Both the position numbers and the translations under genes were made by a program. Shown one piece after another: positions 32,054 to 40,032 of a DNA stretch of 64,000 nucleotides; positions within the stretch are counted from its first letter, which is position 1, and the number at the start of each line of letters is the position of its first letter. The notes beneath the pieces are model-generated. The model made no database searches. It saw nothing but the letters and a program-made list of their open reading frames with translations, and had not been told where the DNA came from. The DNA is from Pseudomonadales bacterium (lineage in GTDB: Bacteria > Patescibacteriota > Microgenomatia > UBA1400 > PJMF01), in the NCBI GenBank assembly GCA_020632255.1, contig JACKFX010000005.1:22827-86826 (forward strand), given 5' to 3'.

Positions 32054-35000
32054 CTATTTAGGAAACGATGGATTCCCGTACACAACTTCATGTGCTAAAT
32101 CTAGCAGTCGCTTCTGAAGTGCACTATGGGGACTGTATGGTCCACCCATCAGACCATGTCGCAATGGATCAAAATCGCGGTCCGTAACCCATCGTGGATT
32201 TTCATCTGCAAGTGCTTCCTCTGAGAATGGACCATCTTTAATAACATGCGTTGCCAACATTTTTCTAGACAATGAATCAAGACGCACTGGTTGATTCTCG
32301 CCTACAAAAAGAATGTTTGCTCCAGGGCTTGATCCAACAGCTAAATTCATTTCATACCCAGTTGGGCCAACCATTGATGGAGTAATCAGCATTAATTTAC
32401 CATTCACCAACACATATTGTTCATGGTGCCAGTGTCCTGATATACCAATGTGTGTTTCTGAAAACATGCCACCTAACCCGCTCATCATACTCTTTGATTT
32501 GAAGACTGCTGGGCCAGAAGAACCTTTACCTAACATTTCATGACTCAACCACACTCCATATCCACCAATATTTGGATCAAAACCAGAGGGATGGTTGAGA
32601 TAGTCTCCTGAAGGAGTCAAAAGTGCCTGGTAATTTTTTACAATGGTGCCAGCTTTTTCTCTTTCTCCCTCCAATAACCATTTCATTTGTTGCTCTAACG
32701 CATGCGTAAAATCATACCCAGTATACTTGCGCATACTATTAAGCTCATGATTACCAGGAACAATACCTACACGAAAAATATTATTCAAATATTCAGGTAA
32801 ATCAGAGAGCGATCTACCTTGTGTTAATGAGAGCTGTAATAAAGATAGAAGGAATTCTTCCTGATGACGCATCTGAATTAACCCAAGTAGCGCATGCTCA
32901 TTTGGCATGCCTGGGTAATTTCTACTTTCCATGTGATCCCCACCAAATAAAATCGCTGTAGGATGATCTGGCAGAATCTGCGTTTGAACAATATCAAGTA
33001 AATTAATTAAGTAATCAACTCGTGCTGAGATAGATCCAATGTGTGTATCAATCAGAGGAACAATTGCGACTCTGTCTGGAGAAATAGCTGCTCGATCCAT
33101 GAGTTCTGGCGTAAAGAAGTAGGTCTTATTTAGACCCTCCGTACCAATAGCACTCATGATTGCCCCTGTTGATGGCAGGGTATCTCGGCTAAACATTTGT
33201 CGTGAACCCCTGTCTTTAACTTCCATGCCAGAAGATCTTTGGTCTAAATTCGGAGATGAAAAACCTGGTGTAGAAATCAATCGCGTTGACGATCCCATTC
33301 CTGCACCTACATCCTGGTGAAACACAACTAATTCATCTGGAATAGCGATATTAGCGGCTTTCATTTGTCCAAGCAATGTTGAAGAATGTTTAAATGGATC
33401 AGCATTCAACGATGTCGACGTTAATGACAAATTGTGATGAAGAAGTGTGGTAACTTCTTGATCGTCATCTAACTCAGCAGTAAGTTTTAAGCCATCGTAT
33501 ATGCCAAATCCTTTTGGTTGATTATCAGGAAGAGGGATGTTTTCTATCTCAAGAATATCTGTGTAATGAGCAGGCAATGGTTGGTTATTCACAAGACGTT
33601 GGTACGCATCATACAAGAGTATATATTCTTCTTGACGAACATATGCACCTGGAGTATTTTCAATTTCCTCTGGAGAAAGATGGCGATACCGCTCATCAAC
33701 GATATTCATTTCTCTGATTTCATCAGCCGATCTCAATCGGCGACCAGATCTCAAATTATATGGATAGGCAATAGTGATTTGAAAATCAAGGTGTGTATCC
33801 CATGATTCGATTTGTGTCAGTTGATCCTCTTGCCAGTATGTTACGTGAGATTTATTTGTGTCTGCAACGGGGTTTGCCCAACTCTGTAGACTCTTCATCG
33901 CCATAATTGTAAAGTTACGACATTGTTCATAATCTTCTGAACTCATTATGTAAGACACTTCGAGCCCAAGCGATTCAATTGAATCGATAAACAGCTTAGC
34001 AGCTGCAAACTGCTCATTCATGCTTCGTACTGCCAATGCTCTACGTTGCTCTTTTTTCCTATAATGAAACCCACCTGCAACTAATCCTGAGATAATTACT
34101 TGATGTGGTTTTTCATCCTTTGGAAGATTTGAAAGCCAAGTAGTAATGTTCTTCAGGGTATCTATATCAAGATCTTTCTGACCAAATAAAATATCACCTA
34201 AATATAAAAACCGTCTCTCTGTTCCGACTATTTTCAGTGTGCGCTCGGGGATAGCCTTTTGTACGTCTGATTGATCGTACTGAGACCAAATATCATCTAA
34301 CGTTTCAACCCCATTTGATTTTTTCTGACCATACAAAAATCTATTCGCCATACTTACGCTGGTAAGCTCACTTGCACCTAAGTGAGGTATTTTCTTACCA
34401 CTTGCAGTTAGTCTAAATTTGCCCTTTGTGTAGGTCTTTACAAAACCTGCTTCAACAAAAACTTCAAGCATTCCTCGAATAACTTCAACAGGATATTCTT
34501 CAAGCGGTACTAACACATCTGCAAAGTCATCAAATAATTCCTCTAGGGTAGTTGATTGTTCTGACGCTCCATACTTCAGAGCGTGTCCGAGTGAATCAAA
34601 AGCTGAAAGTGGAATTAAGCTTAATAACTCACTTGATGTACTTGGTTTGCCATTCTCGACAGAATGCATTATACCTGTCGTTATATTCTTCACATCAAGC
34701 TCTTGGCCAATCATAAAAACTTGCTCTTGCCAATTCATATAGAGCTGGGCAGTACTAATCGGATCAACCTCGGCCATTGCTGCTCTTACATCTGAAAAAA
34801 GGTGTGTACAAGTCAACCGAGTGTTGGTATCAAGCTCTGACCATATGTGCATCAAATAATCCAACAACACTTCTGCTGAAGCATATGATGGCTCTCTCGA
34901 TATTTTTCTTGCCATAATTCCAAGAGCTTTTATCGTCGCCGCTGATACCTTTTTTGGATTATTAATTCCAACAATTAGTGATCGAATTGTCTTTTGTCCA

Positions 35001-35341
35001 ATCTGATACTGTGCTTGTAACTCAGTCATTTTAGAAATCAAATATTCTTCTTGAGAAGGAATATTTTCATTGATTAACAATTGTCTAAAATCCTCGTCTT
35101 CCAAATCCGCGATGTTGAGAGCTGCAGCAGCATATAAAATGGTAATATTCTGTAACAAGTCAGGAAACGTTTCACGAATTTCAGCGGTAGTTGATTGAAT
35201 GAACTGGTTTTTGATTACATCTAGATCTGCGGGTTCAACCATATCAATGCTGTGCAACAAAAACTGAAACAATTGAGTAGATAAATATGCTTTTAATTCC
35301 TCTAGGGTACCTGGAGTTTGAGCTAATTCGTGATTACGCAT
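32054..35341 (-). CDS. Large (1095 aa) cytoplasmic protein: unassigned ~650-aa N-terminal region + C-terminal calcineurin-like metallophosphoesterase domain
   Basis: All MPP motifs present in order in the last ~400 aa: LIDTHIG (DxH), FGGDHMESRN (GDxxDRG), GIVPGNHE (GNHE), GISGHWHHE (GHxH). No TM segments. A possibly degenerate second MPP-like segment (LGDILFGQKD ... ISGLVAGGFH) lies mid-protein. Confidence 0.7.
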   Translation of the reverse strand: MRNHELAQTPGTLEELKAYLSTQLFQFLLHSIDMVEPADLDVIKNQFIQSTTAEIRETFPDLLQNITILYAAAALNIADLEDEDFRQLLINENIPSQEEYLISKMTELQAQYQIGQKTIRSLIVGINNPKKVSAATIKALGIMARKISREPSYASAEVLLDYLMHIWSELDTNTRLTCTHLFSDVRAAMAEVDPISTAQLYMNWQEQVFMIGQELDVKNITTGIMHSVENGKPSTSSELLSLIPLSAFDSLGHALKYGASEQSTTLEELFDDFADVLVPLEEYPVEVIRGMLEVFVEAGFVKTYTKGKFRLTASGKKIPHLGASELTSVSMANRFLYGQKKSNGVETLDDIWSQYDQSDVQKAIPERTLKIVGTERRFLYLGDILFGQKDLDIDTLKNITTWLSNLPKDEKPHQVIISGLVAGGFHYRKKEQRRALAVRSMNEQFAAAKLFIDSIESLGLEVSYIMSSEDYEQCRNFTIMAMKSLQSWANPVADTNKSHVTYWQEDQLTQIESWDTHLDFQITIAYPYNLRSGRRLRSADEIREMNIVDERYRHLSPEEIENTPGAYVRQEEYILLYDAYQRLVNNQPLPAHYTDILEIENIPLPDNQPKGFGIYDGLKLTAELDDDQEVTTLLHHNLSLTSTSLNADPFKHSSTLLGQMKAANIAIPDELVVFHQDVGAGMGSSTRLISTPGFSSPNLDQRSSGMEVKDRGSRQMFSRDTLPSTGAIMSAIGTEGLNKTYFFTPELMDRAAISPDRVAIVPLIDTHIGSISARVDYLINLLDIVQTQILPDHPTAILFGGDHMESRNYPGMPNEHALLGLIQMRHQEEFLLSLLQLSLTQGRSLSDLPEYLNNIFRVGIVPGNHELNSMRKYTGYDFTHALEQQMKWLLEGEREKAGTIVKNYQALLTPSGDYLNHPSGFDPNIGGYGVWLSHEMLGKGSSGPAVFKSKSMMSGLGGMFSETHIGISGHWHHEQYVLVNGKLMLITPSMVGPTGYEMNLAVGSSPGANILFVGENQPVRLDSLSRKMLATHVIKDGPFSEEALADENPRWVTDRDFDPLRHGLMGGPYSPHSALQKRLLDLAHEVVYGNPSFPK

Positions 35342-35544
35342 TGAATACCTTATCTAGTTTCTAGCAAGTACTGTGAAAATGTGTATATACTTTGCATGTT
35401 TTGCATACCAAAGTATATAAACCCATATCTAGTGGTCTTTATACCTACGAATCACAATACCTTGTCGTTTAACACAGTGTCAAGGAGAAGATATATACAT
35501 ATCCAAGTAGTACTTTGTGGTCAAAAAGTATTCAGAGTAGTTAT

Positions 35545-36807
35545 TTAGAACCAGAGATCCAGGAAAACAAAGGCTACGATTCCAGCAACAACTGACATAC
35601 CCATGCCCCAAGCCATCAACCAACTGAACATTCGCTTCTGCTGCTTTTTATCTTCGACCGCAGCAATAGCAAGTGCACCTAAAGTTGATAGTGGACTCAC
35701 GTCTACCATATGCGACCCTACAGCAACAGCGATTACCATAGGAATAATCGTTGTGATCTGCATTTTTTCGGCTAACCCCGGAACTAAAGGAACAAATGCT
35801 GGTAGCACCACTCCTGAAGATGAACTATAAGCAGAAACCGCCCCGCTCACAAATGCCAAAACTGCATTAATAATTGCTGGACTTGTGGTGTTAGCAATAA
35901 ATGACGTTGCCAGATCAAGCCCTCCAGTTTTTTCCATGAGTGCAATCAGAACAGCAATACCCGTTACCATTTGAATAGTTGACCAAGGAACTCCAGCGAG
36001 AACCTCATCTTCTTCCGCTAAATCAAGAATAAACATCACCACCGCGGTACCAACTGCCATCAACACAAGGGGTACTTTCAAGATAATCACTCCGATAATG
36101 AGTGTAGCAATCGCGAATAAAGAAAGTTTTTGTCGTTTTTCAAGGCGCGGAATCTCTATTGAAACTGAAGCTTTCTCAGCAACATATCCACGTTTTTTAC
36201 TCCTAACAACAAAAATAGCATAGGCTCCCAATGCTGAGAGTGACTGCAAAACAGCCGAAGCTCCAAACACGACCCAAATAAGACTTGTTTGCACATTAAT
36301 CTGTTCGAGTAGCCCTAACGCCACCACTCCAGTGGGAGAAAACGGTGAAAAAGCCCCCGCATTCGCACCTGTGCACAACATAATAGCAACAACAAGAGGG
36401 GATATCTTATGCTTCTTGGCCAAATTCATGGTCATTGGAGCCAGTAAGGCAGCGGCAGCAATGTTTCCTGGACCTAATGCAGAAAGCAAAAATGCTAGAC
36501 AGAATACTAATAAGGGTAACAGTAAAGCCTTCCCTTTAATTAGATTAACTGCATAGTGAGTAATCACATCCAAGGTGCCATTTTTTTGAGCAATGCCAAA
36601 AACCGTGCTCATCGCAACTAGTAAAATAAACAGTTGTACTGGAAAACCTGTCAAAACTGCGCTTGTGGACATATCTGCCATAAACACACCAATAAGGAGT
36701 GCAGTCAACAATGCCAGCAATCCAGGATTTAAGCGTGTAAAAATACAGCTGATAATCACAATTATCAGTAACGCACTTATTGAAACAATAGCAGTGAACA
36801 TAGTCAC
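35545..36807 (-). CDS. Ion-transporter-superfamily permease (ArsB/NhaD/CitMHS-like anion permease)
   Basis: 420 aa, ~11-12 TM segments with the two-repeat architecture typical of ArsB/NhaD/citrate-transporter families; substrate not determinable. Confidence 0.65.
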   Translation of the reverse strand: MTMFTAIVSISALLIIVIISCIFTRLNPGLLALLTALLIGVFMADMSTSAVLTGFPVQLFILLVAMSTVFGIAQKNGTLDVITHYAVNLIKGKALLLPLLVFCLAFLLSALGPGNIAAAALLAPMTMNLAKKHKISPLVVAIMLCTGANAGAFSPFSPTGVVALGLLEQINVQTSLIWVVFGASAVLQSLSALGAYAIFVVRSKKRGYVAEKASVSIEIPRLEKRQKLSLFAIATLIIGVIILKVPLVLMAVGTAVVMFILDLAEEDEVLAGVPWSTIQMVTGIAVLIALMEKTGGLDLATSFIANTTSPAIINAVLAFVSGAVSAYSSSSGVVLPAFVPLVPGLAEKMQITTIIPMVIAVAVGSHMVDVSPLSTLGALAIAAVEDKKQQKRMFSWLMAWGMGMSVVAGIVAFVFLDLWF

Positions 36808-36960
36808 TTTCTAACCTATACCGAATTATGTGCCCGATGCGTATAGGAACAACAAACTATCATTATCCACCTACTTGAGAGTTCATTCAATAATATCTTT
36901 AGATGTGAATATATTTTGTCCTACTCAAAAGGAAAAAAGATCTTTTTTTCACTAAAAGAG

Positions 36961-37830
36961 TTAGAGAATATCACTCTCCATAGAAATTTCATCGTTCTTT
37001 TCTGGAAGAATGTAGACGTCTTGACGATACTCATTCTCACCAACATATTCTGCTTCTCTTCGTAGAATTTTTTCCATTGGACGACATGCAAAACAACCAT
37101 CAGATCCATTGGGACAATCGTATTTTTCAAGTTTGCGCACGGTTCTTATTTTCTTGGCAATTGCAAAAACTTCTTGATGTGCAGCCTCTAAATCAGGAAG
37201 ATCTTTAGGTGAGAGATCATCATGTAATCGTAAATACCAATAACTCGCCCCAGCAACTTTGCGTTTTTGGGTATTATGCACAAGCAAGTGGTAAATCGGT
37301 AACTGAAGAGAGCTATCGTCCTCCTCGGACTTACTTGTCTTAAAATCAATGATGTGCACAGCATCTTCCTCAGGAAGGTACTCGAGCCAGTCAATCTTTC
37401 CGCAGAGAATAATTTCATCCTCTTCTGACAACCAGTAGTGAGGTAAATCCTGTCTGATTTTAACAGATAATCGTTGTAATGGCCCTGGATTCTTGATAAT
37501 CCTCCTGAGCATATCTCTGCCTTGCTCCTTATACTGTTCCTCTTCGTCTTTTGAGTGAAAGCCGCCTTTCTTGCCTGCAACCTTTTTCCATACTTGTTCA
37601 TACTTAGCAAGTAAGGACTCCTTAAAACGATCTTTAGTGGGAATAGTTGATAATGACTCGACAACTTCATGCACCGCAGACCCCAAAGCCAGTGGCGGGG
37701 TCATTAACTGGATTTTATGTCCAGTTTTAGGATCCTTATAAACATTCTTTAAAAAATATGAACGGGGACACTTTAAAAAATCACTCATTGACGTATGTGA
37801 AACCCAAACAGCAGCATATTTATCAGGCAT
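36961..37830 (-). CDS. Cas4/RecB-like PD-(D/E)XK nuclease with four-cysteine Fe-S cluster motif (stand-alone)
   Basis: 289 aa; N-terminal Cys (FLKCPRSYF) plus C-terminal CPNGSDGCFAC, as in Cas4/AddB-type 4Fe-4S nucleases; GKIDWLEY ... IIDFKTSK fits a D...(D/E)xK core. No CRISPR/cas neighbours. Confidence 0.6.
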   Translation of the reverse strand: MPDKYAAVWVSHTSMSDFLKCPRSYFLKNVYKDPKTGHKIQLMTPPLALGSAVHEVVESLSTIPTKDRFKESLLAKYEQVWKKVAGKKGGFHSKDEEEQYKEQGRDMLRRIIKNPGPLQRLSVKIRQDLPHYWLSEEDEIILCGKIDWLEYLPEEDAVHIIDFKTSKSEEDDSSLQLPIYHLLVHNTQKRKVAGASYWYLRLHDDLSPKDLPDLEAAHQEVFAIAKKIRTVRKLEKYDCPNGSDGCFACRPMEKILRREAEYVGENEYRQDVYILPEKNDEISMESDIL

Positions 37831-37921
37831 GATCGATTCTTTCCTTTACTCGTTATGTATTGTGTATACACTCATATAGGCACTCATAGTATCACAGCAA
37901 AATGACATCATCTGTAGTGAG

Positions 37922-38674
37922 TTATTCAACAATCACTGGCAAGACGGCATCCGGCGTGCCAATTGGTGACAAAAATGGATTTCTAAGATCCCCAGAAAGC
38001 ACAAAGTAATCTTGTGCATTGACCGGAAGAACAAACGGCACAAACACCTCAGCCGACTCGCCTGGTTTGAGCTCTACCTCTCGCCAATTAGCTGCATCAT
38101 ATTCCGTTTGATCGTATCTAATTGCAACGTAATCATCAGCTAGAATCGGCATTGCAGCTCCAGTCGCGCGTGTATCAAAAACCTTGAGTCCCAGTACTAT
38201 AAGTTTGTGATCAAGATAGTGAACTGGAATTCCACTGTATGTTGCCTGCAAAGAGTCAAGTTCACCATAATCTTCCAAACTCATCAACTCATACTCGAGA
38301 CCTCTATCTTTCCAGGAAGTGTCAAATGTAGTCGAATAAAGAACTGGATACTTTTCTTGCAGTGTCCCCATAAAGAGATGATCCTCAAATGAGAGCTCTA
38401 CTTGGTCGGCAGAGTCTGATGCGATTTCTTCACTTTCCGAATCGATCATTACTTCAGGAACAACCTCATACTGTGATCGCTGTCGTTTTTGCAACACAAA
38501 GAAAGTGCTCCCGCCAATCAAAAGCAAAAGAACTGCCATAGCCACTATAAGTGGTACAGATAACATTTTTTTCTCTTGACGGTAGCTTTGAGCAATGGCA
38601 TCAAGCTCAGCCTGAGAAGGTTGAGCTTTGATGCCTGGAGTTTCTGGTGGAACGATGGTGTGTTCTTCAGTCAT
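37922..38674 (-). CDS. Membrane-anchored extracytoplasmic protein, unknown function
   Basis: 250 aa; N-terminal TM helix (VPLIVAMAVLLLLIGGSTFFV), then an acidic linker and a beta-rich domain. Confidence 0.45.
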   Translation of the reverse strand: MTEEHTIVPPETPGIKAQPSQAELDAIAQSYRQEKKMLSVPLIVAMAVLLLLIGGSTFFVLQKRQRSQYEVVPEVMIDSESEEIASDSADQVELSFEDHLFMGTLQEKYPVLYSTTFDTSWKDRGLEYELMSLEDYGELDSLQATYSGIPVHYLDHKLIVLGLKVFDTRATGAAMPILADDYVAIRYDQTEYDAANWREVELKPGESAEVFVPFVLPVNAQDYFVLSGDLRNPFLSPIGTPDAVLPVIVE

Positions 38675-38680
38675 TTTTTG

Positions 38681-38926
38681 CTATAACTCGCCTAAATTCT
38701 CTTCTAAAATGACGGTCGCGTCAAGCTCTCTCTCAAGCGTTTCAAGTTCGTCAGATTCACTGACTGCCTGCGTTTCCATTTCTTCAGGAGTTAACTCAGC
38801 TGCTTCCATTGTCTCCTCCATAGTGGGTGGTTGCATTATCTCGACAGAAGTTTCATCATTAGTCATACAGCCAGCAAGTCCAATTCCTGCTAGCAAGATA
38901 AAAGTTAAAAAGAGTGTTTTTTTCAT
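38681..38926 (-). CDS. Small acidic lipoprotein, unknown function
   Basis: 81 aa; signal peptide with lipobox LAGC; extremely acidic mature part (EETMEAAELTPEEMETQ...). Confidence 0.4.
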   Translation of the reverse strand: MKKTLFLTFILLAGIGLAGCMTNDETSVEIMQPPTMEETMEAAELTPEEMETQAVSESDELETLERELDATVILEENLGEL

Positions 38927-38944
38927 TGTATTCCTTATACTGAA

Positions 38945-39583
38945 CTAATTCCTCTGTGGTGCTCTCTTTGCGGCTGCATCCTTCATCATTTCAAGAACAT
39001 CTTTGAGTAATTCACCCACAACTTTGTATGCGGATCTTGTTGCTTCAACCGCGGTTTTTGCTTCAGCTAACAATGCCTGAGCCTCTTCTTGACTTTCGGC
39101 TTTTCCAACTGCTGAAATAGCTGCAATCGCCTGATCTCCAAGCGTTTCTGTCTGAGATATAGCTACTTCTGCCTGTTGAAGCTGCAACTCAATGGCAGCA
39201 GTATCGACGCCACTCTCTTCCATTTTTACTAATCGGGACCGCATTTTTTCGATGATGGTTTCAAAACGTTGGGAATAAAGTTCAAAACGATGTTGCACAC
39301 GCTCTCGATGCTCTTCGAGTCGTTGTAAGCGTTGTTGCTCCAACTCGGAACGCTTTTCTTCCATAGCTTCGCCACGCTCAGCTTGACGCTCTTCCAACAT
39401 ACCTGCTTTTTCTTCCCTCTCGGCATTTCGAGACTCCATCATAGAATTCTTATCTACACGCATTTCTGGCTTGTATGCTTCAATTTCCTCTATGGATTTG
39501 CGGGCATTTCCGGCTTCCTCTGCCGAAACGGTTGGCACAACTAAAAAGAGCGCTACTAACGCAAGGAATAACGGTTTCTTCAT
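38945..39583 (-). CDS. Secreted coiled-coil protein, unknown function
   Basis: 212 aa; cleavable signal peptide (VPTVSAEE), then Glu/Arg/Gln-rich predicted coiled coil. Confidence 0.45.
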   Translation of the reverse strand: MKKPLFLALVALFLVVPTVSAEEAGNARKSIEEIEAYKPEMRVDKNSMMESRNAEREEKAGMLEERQAERGEAMEEKRSELEQQRLQRLEEHRERVQHRFELYSQRFETIIEKMRSRLVKMEESGVDTAAIELQLQQAEVAISQTETLGDQAIAAISAVGKAESQEEAQALLAEAKTAVEATRSAYKVVGELLKDVLEMMKDAAAKRAPQRN

Positions 39584-39612
39584 ATTTTCCCCTTTTGCTA
39601 ACTACTTGCTAT

Positions 39613-39999
39613 TCAATTCTTTCGCTTTTTTTCTAACTGTTTTTCGTACCTATCTTTATGCGCTTTAAACCTTTCGAGCAACTCCTCAAGCTCATTCTCT
39701 GACATATTTTCAATATCTACCATACTTAAACTTGACCCCTTCATAGCCTTCAAAAGTTCATCTAATTTTAAATGCAGCGCTTTCGAATCTCGATTTTGTG
39801 TATTTTGAATCAAGAAAACCATCAAAAAAGTCACGATTGTTGTCATAGTGTTAATAAAAAGTTGCCAGGTCGTTGAGTAGCTAAACAATTTTCCCGTTAG
39901 TGCCCAAGTAACAACAATCGAACATGCCAGAAGAAATGCCCAGACAGAACCTGCTGTCTTTGATATTTTTGAGGCGATCTTGCCGAATACATCATTCAT
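39613..39999 (-). CDS. Low-affinity iron permease (Fet4-like, PF04120-type) small membrane protein
   Basis: 128 aa; two TM helices and the conserved LIQNTQNRD...ALHLKLDELL segment typical of the bacterial low-affinity Fe permease family. Confidence 0.55.
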   Translation of the reverse strand: MNDVFGKIASKISKTAGSVWAFLLACSIVVTWALTGKLFSYSTTWQLFINTMTTIVTFLMVFLIQNTQNRDSKALHLKLDELLKAMKGSSLSMVDIENMSENELEELLERFKAHKDRYEKQLEKKRKN

Positions 40000-40032
40000 A
40001 CTTTTCCTTTTTAGTGTGTTTTCTAGAGAGTA

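Noticed and set aside
37188-37670. 160-aa minus-strand ORF
   Set aside because: Overlaps the Cas4-like gene in another frame; product has no motifs and odd composition; the Cas4-like frame carries clear conserved motifs.
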